From assembly GCA_964513375.1 (NCBI GenBank), contig CAZEMO010000006.1, positions 7,567 to 71,566 on the forward strand: a stretch of 64,000 nt of DNA. Reading direction: 5' to 3'. The DNA is from an uncultured Bacteriovoracaceae bacterium. Its GTDB lineage: Bacteria > Desulfobacterota > Desulfomonilia > UBA1062. Under the pieces are notes generated by a model. The model was not told the origin of the DNA, did no database searches, and was given only the letters and a program-made list of their open reading frames with translations. Shown one piece after another: positions 1 through 8,542 of this stretch. The position numbers and the translations under genes were made by a program. Numbering within the stretch: position 1 is the stretch's first letter; each line of letters starts with the position of its first letter.

Positions 1-273
1 AAAGCCATCGACTCAATACCAGTGGACGGCTTTACGGAATCTTCCGGGAAAAAGGCATTAAAGAGCAATATGAAAATGGTGCAGAAGATGCTTGGCAAAG
101 GACATTACAGCGATGCCTATAAGAAGCTGCAGGATGATATAATGGTTAAAGCCGGCGTGTGCAAGAATCCAGATCATGCTGATGGAAACAGCTGGCTTAA
201 AGACTGTGATGCCCGGACCAGACTCCACTGGGCTGTAAATGACATCATGGTACTGCTGAAGATTTTAGTTTAA
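1..273 (+). CDS. 3' end of a protein that starts before the window; short helical C-terminal domain, possibly FIMAH-like
   Basis: Frame open from base 1 (KAIDSIPVDG...) to TAA at 271-273; helical pattern with two Cys (GVC...KDC). Family guess is from recall only. Confidence 0.6.
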   Translation, partial: KAIDSIPVDGFTESSGKKALKSNMKMVQKMLGKGHYSDAYKKLQDDIMVKAGVCKNPDHADGNSWLKDCDARTRLHWAVNDIMVLLKILV

Positions 274-284
274 TTTGATCAAAA

Positions 285-1007
285 TCACTCCAGGTGATAA
301 GTGATGGGGATTACAAGCTGAGCCTCGCCGGGCGGCCTGGGAAAGGGGGCGGTGTCGCGGACTGTTTCGATGGCGTTCCTGTCCAGCAATATGAAACCGG
401 AACTTTTTATAACCTTCAACTCTCTTACGTAACCGTCGGCCGTGATGACAAAGGAAAGAAGCACCTTTCCCTGCCAGCCTTTTCTTTTTGCAGGATCAGG
501 GTAGCTGACGTTATTGAGGATCTTATTCCGGATATAGGCGAAGTGTTCGTTTAAATATTTTGCCCTGGCTGATTCTATGCCGTCATCGCCACTGCCCATG
601 CCTGAGCTTGTCCCAGTTCCTTCTTGCGTACCTCCTGCTATACCGGGAGAACCTTCCTTTATATCCTTACCCTGATCCGGTATTTCCGCTCCCATCTGGC
701 TGCTTTCCAGTTTATCGGCTTCCGGCAATTTGATTACCGGCAGAGTTTCAGGGGCAGGTGCCTTACGGGGAGCCTCTTCTTTCTTAGAGACCTGAGGGGT
801 TGCGGGGGTGATAAGTTTTGTATTTATTAATGGTAGCGGTTCGGACTCCTCGACCTTTTTGACTTCAGGTACGGGTTTCAGCAGATCGAAATCCATGACC
901 ATAGCCTTCTTGTATTGTCCAAGGAAAAGGCTGCAAATAATGATAAGGACAATAATTACTGTGTGAAGCAGGAAGGATAGCTGGAAGGCCTTCCTCTGAT
1001 AGCTCAT
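285..1007 (-). CDS. tonB: TonB family energy transducer
   Basis: N-terminal TM helix with His (SFLLHTVII), Pro/Lys/Glu-rich linker, C-terminal YPxxAxxxGxQGxV...DxxA domain; follows exbB/exbD. Confidence 0.93.
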   Translation of the reverse strand: MSYQRKAFQLSFLLHTVIIVLIIICSLFLGQYKKAMVMDFDLLKPVPEVKKVEESEPLPLINTKLITPATPQVSKKEEAPRKAPAPETLPVIKLPEADKLESSQMGAEIPDQGKDIKEGSPGIAGGTQEGTGTSSGMGSGDDGIESARAKYLNEHFAYIRNKILNNVSYPDPAKRKGWQGKVLLSFVITADGYVRELKVIKSSGFILLDRNAIETVRDTAPFPRPPGEAQLVIPITYHLE

Positions 1008-1384
1008 GGACCTTCCTCGGTCTGGAGGCTGATGCGTTTAAATTCAAGTCCCTTGATGACGTCCAGAACACTGACGAAGTTTTGAAGAATAATACTGCGA
1101 TCCGCTCTGATCAAGACAGGGACTTTTTTGTTCATGTTTCCAAGGTCAGTTTTTAATTCTTCCAGAGATACAAGCCGGGAATTCAAATATATTTTTCCAG
1201 CTTTATCGATTTCAACCGTCTGGGTCTTCAGGATCTCGCCTGAACTGCGATGGGCTTTGGGCAGATCCATGGGAATCATTCCGCTGGCTATAAAAGAAGA
1301 GGTCGTGAGTACAATCGTAAGGAGCACAAGCATGACGTCGACCAGCGGTATGACATTGATGTAATCAAACTCTTTTTCTTTCAT
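1004..1384 (-). CDS. exbD: ExbD/TolR biopolymer transport protein
   Basis: INVIPLVDVMLVLL TM motif and IRAD motif. Confidence 0.95.
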   Translation of the reverse strand: MKEKEFDYINVIPLVDVMLVLLTIVLTTSSFIASGMIPMDLPKAHRSSGEILKTQTVEIDKAGKIYLNSRLVSLEELKTDLGNMNKKVPVLIRADRSIILQNFVSVLDVIKGLEFKRISLQTEEGP

Positions 1385-1799
1385 GTTCGATTTCCCAGCT
1401 CATTTGCAGGACCTTAACTTTCCTCAAGAGAAAATTATATAGTGAGACAGCGGGGATGGCTACCAGAAGACCTATGGCAGTGGCCTTCAATGCAAGGGCC
1501 AGACCGACCATTATCTTGCCTGTGTCCATAAAGCCTTCCTGCCCGATCATATAAAAGGTAACCATGATGCCCAGAACAGTTCCGAGCAGGCCGATATAGG
1601 GAGCATTGCTGCCAATTGTCGCAATGAGGTGGATCTTTTTTGTAAGCTCCAGTTCCAGACTCTTTTGATCCGGGTAAGCATCCAGGTTAATATGCTTGAA
1701 AAAATAAAACCTTTCGATTGCAACCCCTATGGCAATGATGCTCAGGAAGATCAAAAAACCTATGATTCCATAATCTACGACATCTTTAAGCCATTCCAT
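1365..1799 (-). CDS. exbB: ExbB (short form) proton channel subunit
   Basis: LATIGSNAPYIGLLGTV and ALKATAIGLLVAIP motifs. Confidence 0.95.
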   Translation of the reverse strand: MEWLKDVVDYGIIGFLIFLSIIAIGVAIERFYFFKHINLDAYPDQKSLELELTKKIHLIATIGSNAPYIGLLGTVLGIMVTFYMIGQEGFMDTGKIMVGLALALKATAIGLLVAIPAVSLYNFLLRKVKVLQMSWEIEHERKRV

Positions 1800-1855
1800 T
1801 TTCTCTCCTCTGTCTGCACCTCTTTATTTGGCACAGGTGCACATATGTAATGCTT

Positions 1856-4279
1856 CTAAAAACTTGCCCTTGCGCCTGCATACCACATCCTTCCCGGGCC
1901 CGGGTTGAACGGATCGGCGTTATAATCATCCAGTACGTTTTTGCACATTATATATGCCTCGTAATGTTTTAAGAATTTCTGTGAAAGCTTGATGTCGATT
2001 TGAATGGGATTATGGAGTTCCTGTTGATAAAAGTATGATGTGGAGAAAGGATCGGTTGGTTGTGGAATGGAAGCCATTGTATACTGGATCTGGTTAAATT
2101 CCATATAACCGAATATGACCAGGTTTGTGCCTGTTCTAAAATACGTCCTCAAATCAAAGGTTATTTTATGTTCAGGGAGTTTTTCAAATTTGTCGCCTTT
2201 ATTTATGAAGGAATCGTCGACATCCGCCTGATTTCTGGCAAAGAGATATGTATATGAGGGTGAGAAACTTATATCCGCTATATTAAAAACATCAAAAAGA
2301 TTCAAATTCAGTGTTGCCTCAAGACCGTGTATAACTGCAGAATCAATATTCCTGTATATATAGTCGTCAATCTTCGTAATGTATATTTTTGTAATTTTAT
2401 CTTTGTAATCGCTGTAGAAATAATCCACACCAAAGATCAGATTTTTGTTGAAGAATGAAAATTCACAGCCGAGATCGAGATTGAATATCTTCTCAGGCTC
2501 AATGTTCACATCCCTGCTCCCCAGATCGGACGATGTCTGGTAGGGAGACACTGTTTTAGAATATGCCTGAAGGGTGGGGAAAGAAGTTTTCCGGGATGCG
2601 GCAGCCTTCAGCTTCAATAAGTCCTTTACAGGCTCATACAATATGTCTCCAACGGGATTGAAGGAGTCGCGCGTTCCCCAGAGCATGGAATCATCCTCGG
2701 CGATGTACTGGTCGATCATTTCAGTGCTTCCGTCGATTCCCTGTTTTTTCCTGTAATTTTCAAGATCCTGCGCATCATAAGAGATGCCGATTGTTAAATC
2801 CACATTATTCAGCAGCTTCATTTCGTCTTCTATGGCACAGGTGAGATAAGCTGCCCCGATTTCAAGTGTTTCGTATTTGCCGGTGCCGTAATATTTGATT
2901 ATCTTGGTTGATTCTTCGTTGTATGCCTGTTCCTCTTCTATGTGGTTGTTTACATAGTACAGCATGGCGAAGTTCAGCCTGTTCCATGACGCAAGTTTGA
3001 AAGAAGGATATATATTGAATCCGTAGGTGTCGCTTGTCCATATGGACCAGGTCATGGTATCCACATCCCTGTTATATGCCAGGACTTTCTCCAGCGGATC
3101 ATCATAAGCCATAAATTTGTTGGTATTTTCATAGTAGTAGGCATTGGCTTTTAATCCGAAGCCGCCTTTCTCGTAAATTATGTATGGAGACACGGCGAAA
3201 TCATTGTATTCGGGCCAGCGGCTTGACGTGTTGCGCAGGATATATGTAGTGTCCGGCAGTCTCCAGCCTTTCTTTCCGGTATAATCATTATAGGTATACA
3301 TGCTTCTCATATCTGTAAAATAAGAGCTGTTTTCCATTTCAGTCAGATTATAAAAACCCGTTGCCCCTATATCCAGATAAGGTGTTATATGGTATCCGAG
3401 TTTACCGTTAAATTTGTATTTTTCATATCCTATGTGATCCCATATCCCTGATTCGTTAAGATAGTAAGTGGCGGCAGAACTGCCGGGATGAGCATAGATA
3501 TCATTTAAAGTAAATCCATAAAGATCATAACGGGAAAGCTTCTGGAGCCAGTCCTCACGCTCTTCGCGGTCGAGTTTCTCTGATACCTTATACCCGTCTG
3601 ACTTATCGTACATGGCGGAGAACTGATAGTAAAAATTGCCTATGGGCGCGCCGTGGGCGAGGCTTGCCACAAAATTATTATATTCGCCGTACTCAGCTGT
3701 GACATCAAGGTACATTCTGGTGGGTTTTTTTCTGATGAGATTGATTGAACCGACGGCGCCCTTCGTGCCGTACAGGGCAGACGTCGTACCGCGGCTTACA
3801 ATGATCTCCGATATATCAGTCAGGCCTATATTATCAATGTCGATTGTTCCGTTGAAGGAATCGATCAGAGGAATGTCATCCACCATCAAGGCTACCTTGG
3901 ACATATCATATCCGCGCATATAAAACTGGGTAGTGCCTTTTCTCTGTGTCGATACCTGTATGCCGGGCACCTGATAAAGGACATCCTTCAGCTCTTTATC
4001 GCTTCTCTCTTCGATATCCTCTTCGGTAATGTCTGTAGTTGCGCCGCCTTTTACTACTTTGCCTTTATCAATGTCCTTAATGCGGCGCTCCTTGACGATA
4101 ATTTCTTCAAGCTGGTATTCATTATCGGTTTTTGTTTTTTTTGCCGGCTTGTCCTCATTTTCCAAAGGCTGGTTCTGCGATTGGACATCGCCTGCACTTT
4201 CAGTTTTGTTTGTTTCCTGCGCTATTAATGGTAGACCAGTTACAAACAGCAACAGTGTTATCAGAGTTAACAATCTCAT
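1856..4279 (-). CDS. TonB-dependent outer membrane receptor
   Basis: Signal peptide from ATG 4279 (MRLLTLITLL; ORF track extends to 4351), plug motifs VPGI...YMRGY...VALMVDDIPL and SALYG...GSINLI, beta-barrel, terminal Phe (GARASF). Confidence 0.93.
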   Translation of the reverse strand: MRLLTLITLLLFVTGLPLIAQETNKTESAGDVQSQNQPLENEDKPAKKTKTDNEYQLEEIIVKERRIKDIDKGKVVKGGATTDITEEDIEERSDKELKDVLYQVPGIQVSTQRKGTTQFYMRGYDMSKVALMVDDIPLIDSFNGTIDIDNIGLTDISEIIVSRGTTSALYGTKGAVGSINLIRKKPTRMYLDVTAEYGEYNNFVASLAHGAPIGNFYYQFSAMYDKSDGYKVSEKLDREEREDWLQKLSRYDLYGFTLNDIYAHPGSSAATYYLNESGIWDHIGYEKYKFNGKLGYHITPYLDIGATGFYNLTEMENSSYFTDMRSMYTYNDYTGKKGWRLPDTTYILRNTSSRWPEYNDFAVSPYIIYEKGGFGLKANAYYYENTNKFMAYDDPLEKVLAYNRDVDTMTWSIWTSDTYGFNIYPSFKLASWNRLNFAMLYYVNNHIEEEQAYNEESTKIIKYYGTGKYETLEIGAAYLTCAIEDEMKLLNNVDLTIGISYDAQDLENYRKKQGIDGSTEMIDQYIAEDDSMLWGTRDSFNPVGDILYEPVKDLLKLKAAASRKTSFPTLQAYSKTVSPYQTSSDLGSRDVNIEPEKIFNLDLGCEFSFFNKNLIFGVDYFYSDYKDKITKIYITKIDDYIYRNIDSAVIHGLEATLNLNLFDVFNIADISFSPSYTYLFARNQADVDDSFINKGDKFEKLPEHKITFDLRTYFRTGTNLVIFGYMEFNQIQYTMASIPQPTDPFSTSYFYQQELHNPIQIDIKLSQKFLKHYEAYIMCKNVLDDYNADPFNPGPGRMWYAGARASF

Positions 4280-4320
4280 TATTGCATCCCTGTACCCAGA
4301 ATCTATTTTTTTATAGAGAA

Positions 4321-4352
4321 AATGAATGCCGGTATGTTTACCGGCATTCATT
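4321..4352. terminator. Perfect 14-bp stem hairpin between lipoprotein gene and receptor gene; intra-operon terminator or mRNA stabiliser
   Basis: AATGAATGCCGGTA-tgtt-TACCGGCATTCATT; on the minus strand the stem runs into TTTTCTCT. Confidence 0.6.
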
Positions 4353-4395
4353 ATGCAGTTTATTCGATGTGATATTGATCGAATTCAATTAGTTC

Positions 4396-5664
4396 TTATT
4401 GATAAACTTCATCATACGCCTTCGCAAAAGCCGGGGGATTCTTTGCCGAGTAGTCGTATTCAACTGGAGAACTGCTGATCACCTCAATACTGACAGGGAA
4501 GTTTAACTTCGTTCCGCTGACAATATTGTTCGAGCCGTCAACGCGGACAATTAAATCAAAATCCACCAGGTAATAGGCCTGCTGCATATTGGCATAGGTC
4601 CAGCCCTGTCTGGCAAAACCGTCCACTGCAACTATCTTGTATGTATAGGCATTCGGGGTGTCGGTTATATAGTCAGTAAGGAACTGGTCAAGCGAAATGA
4701 CCTTTATATTCGAGTAAGGCCCGAAACTCTTAGTTTCTACATTGAACTTTGTAGTCGATTTACCTGTGACGGTGTTATAGGCAGTGTCGTCAACATAGCT
4801 GTCTGTGGTTGCCTGGACTTCAAAGGTTGCAAGCGATCCTGCTGCATCGGGTCTCTTAACATCGATTTTACGGAACATATATATGTCATATGCCCATTTA
4901 GTTCTATGCTTCCCTATAACACCGGGTACTGATGCCGGATAGAATGTTCTCCCGTCTTTGTCTATCATCAGCAGATAGCCCTGGTTGAACTGATCCCATC
5001 TCAGATCGGGAGTATATGCATTCTCAGAATCGAGGCGGAGAAAATCCGTACGGTTGCTGAATCCATCTTTATTGGATCGGGTGACTATGGAATACATTGC
5101 CCTGGCGTCATTCGTTCCCAGCTTGAGCTCAGGATCAGGTGTTGCGGCATTTACGACATTAATGTCAACAAACTGATCAAGTGAATATCCTGAAACATAT
5201 ACACCACCGGAATACAGTATGTCATCTGTCAGTGTATAGCCGGAAAACAGTGCTGCGTGCTCACCTTCGAGTGTGCCTCCCCCATTATAATATGCCCATT
5301 GATCCGGGAAGTTGTACTGTAAAAAATTGCTTGCAACGGGATCGACAACCTGTATAGTCCATGCTTTTGTGTACGTTCCGAACATGGAGGTCTCTGCAAC
5401 TGAGAGGGTATGGTCTCCAATGTCCGCAAACTTGGGTGTATAGGTATATTCAAGCCCAATGCCTTCCAGAACAACGGCATCATCAAGTGACCACACAACG
5501 CTCGTTGGCTTTAATAATGTCTTGATTGAAAAGGCGCATGAATCTCCAGCCGCAATCGCGACGGTTTGCTCCGACGGCGCGCTCTTCAGGATACACCCGT
5601 TAAGCAGGACAACGGCCATGAACAAGAACAGAATTCCCGATAATCTCCTCTTAAATCTTTCCAT
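4396..5664 (-). CDS. Lipoprotein of unknown function; N-terminal PKD/Ig-like domain plus a domain paralogous to 5736-6782
   Basis: Lipobox LNGC; PKD-like YTYTP...GDHTLSV; long blocks shared with neighbour (AYDIYMFRKIDVKRPDA, VISLDQFLTDYITDTP, KNPPAFAKAY). Confidence 0.85.
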   Translation of the reverse strand: MERFKRRLSGILFLFMAVVLLNGCILKSAPSEQTVAIAAGDSCAFSIKTLLKPTSVVWSLDDAVVLEGIGLEYTYTPKFADIGDHTLSVAETSMFGTYTKAWTIQVVDPVASNFLQYNFPDQWAYYNGGGTLEGEHAALFSGYTLTDDILYSGGVYVSGYSLDQFVDINVVNAATPDPELKLGTNDARAMYSIVTRSNKDGFSNRTDFLRLDSENAYTPDLRWDQFNQGYLLMIDKDGRTFYPASVPGVIGKHRTKWAYDIYMFRKIDVKRPDAAGSLATFEVQATTDSYVDDTAYNTVTGKSTTKFNVETKSFGPYSNIKVISLDQFLTDYITDTPNAYTYKIVAVDGFARQGWTYANMQQAYYLVDFDLIVRVDGSNNIVSGTKLNFPVSIEVISSSPVEYDYSAKNPPAFAKAYDEVYQ

Positions 5665-5735
5665 AACACTCTCCTTATAGTTTTTTTATAAATATTTGCC
5701 CTTGTATGATACCAGTCAAATCTTGGTACTGTTCA

Positions 5736-6782
5736 TCAATATGCCTTTGCAAAAGCCGGAGGATTTTTTGAAGAATAGTTGTATTCAACAGTAGACCCGC
5801 TTATAAGTTCAATCCTGACAGGATAATTAATCTTTGTACCGCTCACCACATTATTGGAATCATCGAGGCGGATGATGATATCGTAATCCGGCAGATAATA
5901 AGCCTGCTGCATATCGGCATAGGTCCAGCCTTCTTTAAAGGAGCCATCCAGAGCTAATATCTTATATGTATAGGAACCCGGGGTATCGGTTATATAGTCC
6001 GTTAGGAACTGATCCAGTGAAATTACCTTTACATTCGTGTAATCTCCGAAGCTTATTGTTTCTACATTGAATTTAGTGGTCGTCAGGGATGTTGCTAAAG
6101 TGTATGATGCATCATTCACGTAGCTTTCTGTAGTCGCCTGCGGCTCAAATGTAACAAGCGAGCCATCTGCATCAGGCCTTTTCACGTCGATCTTGCGGAA
6201 CATATATATGTCATAGGCATATTTATTATTATACATATTGGCTATATCGATTATCGAATCGGGGAAGTATGTTCTCCCGCTATAAATCAGATCCAGCAGA
6301 TAGCCCAGAATATACTGATCCCATCTGAGATCGGCATTATACAAACCTGAACCCACGAACTTGGTTCGGTTGGTGAAACCATCCTGGTTGGAGCGGACTA
6401 CTACGGAATATAACTTTCTGGCATCGTGAGTTCCCAGGACACCATCAGGGTCTGGTGTTGCAGCATTTACGGCATCCTTGTCTATAAACTGACCCAGAGC
6501 ATATCCTGAAACCAGTGTGATGCCGTCTTTATAAAGGATTCCTGTTGTAACTGTATAAGCTGAAAACAGGGCTGCTCTTTCATTGGCAACTGGTTTTCCA
6601 CTAAGCTCATACGCATATTGATCAGGCAGGGTATAGTGTAAAAATTGAGGTGCAGTACCGTCGTAAGGTGTATTTTCAGATGGTGTGTTGATGTTATCGG
6701 TTCCGCCGCCGCCTCCCCCTCCGCATGTTATAAAACTCAGAGCAATCAATGAAACGAGAAGCAATGAAAATATTTTTTTCAT
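5736..6782 (-). CDS. Lipoprotein of unknown function, paralog of 4396-5664
   Basis: Lipobox FITC followed by a poly-Gly tether; roughly 60% identical by eye to the C-terminal ~310 aa of the downstream paralog. Confidence 0.87.
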   Translation of the reverse strand: MKKIFSLLLVSLIALSFITCGGGGGGGTDNINTPSENTPYDGTAPQFLHYTLPDQYAYELSGKPVANERAALFSAYTVTTGILYKDGITLVSGYALGQFIDKDAVNAATPDPDGVLGTHDARKLYSVVVRSNQDGFTNRTKFVGSGLYNADLRWDQYILGYLLDLIYSGRTYFPDSIIDIANMYNNKYAYDIYMFRKIDVKRPDADGSLVTFEPQATTESYVNDASYTLATSLTTTKFNVETISFGDYTNVKVISLDQFLTDYITDTPGSYTYKILALDGSFKEGWTYADMQQAYYLPDYDIIIRLDDSNNVVSGTKINYPVRIELISGSTVEYNYSSKNPPAFAKAY

Positions 6783-6918
6783 ATTAAATACCCCCCTGGG
6801 ATTTGTTATTGAAATAATATAATATAGGGTACCTCTAACAATTCATTTCTGAATAAGGGCTATTGCTGGATCTGATCAATTAATGCTTAATGGGCCCCAA
6901 TTATTATAAGTACCCGAT

Positions 6919-6947
6919 ATAATATGCATCAACATGCATAATGTCAA
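6919..6947 (-). promoter_or_regulatory. Sigma70-type promoter for the lipoprotein-receptor-exbBD-tonB operon
   Basis: Minus strand TTGACA (6947-6942), 17 bp spacer, TATTAT (6924-6919). Confidence 0.7.
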
Positions 6948-6953
6948 TTCAAG

Positions 6954-6976
6954 TTTTATGATTTTAAATCATAAAA
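6954..6976. promoter_or_regulatory. Perfect 11-1-11 palindrome just upstream of the -35 box; candidate operator
   Basis: TTTTATGATTT-T-AAATCATAAAA. Confidence 0.5.
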
Positions 6977-7146
6977 TATTCTAAGATTTTCTGTTACAGC
7001 TGATCCAGCTGAAAACTTTAACGGGATCATGGTATGACATCTCATGTATTATTGGAAAAAAATGTTTCCGGCGGCGGGCTCAGTCAAGGAGGAAGACTGT
7101 TTCGCCTGCTGCCGGAAATGAGTTCAGGTAAGCATCTGAGTTATAT

Positions 7147-8517
7147 TCAACAATCCCCAGGTCGCTTTGTACAAGTAATGCTGAGCGCGACCGGAACAAA
7201 AATCATCATCGAAAAAATGAATATGCTGCTCATGGGAAATTCAGTTTCATTATTGCTGACCGATGATATCAGGCAAAGGCTGCTGGATATCTGGCTTGAG
7301 GTTACGATCTCATCATCAGGATCTTGCGGGACGGGATTATTCGGATCAATCGAACCATATACAACAATTTTCTTCTGGTCGACATAATCCCATCCAGCCT
7401 CGTATACGTCAATATCCGTGCATCCGGCCGGCAGGGGTTCCACCTTTATTATGGTTGCCGTCCTTGCAGAGTAGCCCGCGTTATGATCGTTCTCGGAACT
7501 CCAAGGCCAGACCACGGTCTGGTACGATGATTTCTGCGACTGGTCCGGGGCGCATATGGCCTTCTGAGGCACTACGACCCTGTATGGTCCTTCACCGTCA
7601 AGTTTGTTGTCTGCCGTGAGATGTCCCACATCAAGGTCGACGCCTTCTCGCTTTATGGCCAGCATGGCTTTAAGACCGGCCGTTACGAATATCGGGTCAC
7701 CGTTGCTCCTGCCTATGCAGGAAGGGGCGCTGTAGTCGCACCAGCCTATGATGGTTTCAAGCGAGGCATCCGCCTGGCTGTTATAGTAGTAAATAGAAGA
7801 AGGGTATTTGTAATCCTTGTCATAGACCGGATACAGTCCAGAGCTCTCATTGTTGTAGAGAGAGTAGCTCATTGCAAAACCGTCGGGAGAATATACCGTG
7901 ACGCCTGTTGCAGTCTGAAGTATTCCTGCGTCGTTCAGAAGAACCCTCAGTGAGACCCCCGTGTATTCGGCATAGAAGTCGATCGAGCGATTTGCATTCT
8001 GCAGCATGAACTGTGTGTGCTGTCTCAGCTTCTCCAGCATGTCTTTGGTATAGACCTTTTGCGGCGGGTCGATAAGTCCGGGATAATCACTTGCACTTCC
8101 CGGATATGTAGGCCTCTTTTCGCTGTCCTCCATGTTGTTTATCTCAACAGTGTTCGTATAAGTGTCCCCGTCTGAATCCAGGCCATCTATTGCAAGAACG
8201 GCAGCCGCGTTCCTGCCGTGGTTTCTATAGTCCCGCCCGTACTGGTTCAGTGTGTTGTCACCCTGGCCTGATATTCTTCCGTAATTCGTGATGGCATGGC
8301 AATACTGGCAGCTGCCCATCTGTGAACCTTTGTATGTGCCCCCGGTATGGCAGAGCTGGCACTGGTCGAGCTTAGTTCCTGCCATATCAGGATAGGCCAG
8401 CAGGAACTGGGGTGCATCCTTTTCACCTTCATGATGATATGCAGCGAACGCAGATGCTGCAGTCATGATAAAAACAACAATCATTCCGGATACTTTAAGC
8501 CATTTCATTGAGCTCAC
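7147..8517 (-). CDS. Exported diheme c protein with GEGP motif, sulfite-oxidase-like domain and C-terminal membrane anchor
   Basis: Signal peptide; CQLCH and CQYCH; YTGVSLRVLLNDAG...VYSPDGF and DGEGPYRVVVPQ; ends with CLISS, a hydrophobic segment and KR. Matches, from recall, the 'GEGP motif-containing diheme protein' family. Confidence 0.8.
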   Translation of the reverse strand: MSSMKWLKVSGMIVVFIMTAASAFAAYHHEGEKDAPQFLLAYPDMAGTKLDQCQLCHTGGTYKGSQMGSCQYCHAITNYGRISGQGDNTLNQYGRDYRNHGRNAAAVLAIDGLDSDGDTYTNTVEINNMEDSEKRPTYPGSASDYPGLIDPPQKVYTKDMLEKLRQHTQFMLQNANRSIDFYAEYTGVSLRVLLNDAGILQTATGVTVYSPDGFAMSYSLYNNESSGLYPVYDKDYKYPSSIYYYNSQADASLETIIGWCDYSAPSCIGRSNGDPIFVTAGLKAMLAIKREGVDLDVGHLTADNKLDGEGPYRVVVPQKAICAPDQSQKSSYQTVVWPWSSENDHNAGYSARTATIIKVEPLPAGCTDIDVYEAGWDYVDQKKIVVYGSIDPNNPVPQDPDDEIVTSSQISSSLCLISSVSNNETEFPMSSIFIFSMMIFVPVALSITCTKRPGDC

Positions 8518-8542
8518 CCTTTGTCCTGAAATGTTCTATCAT

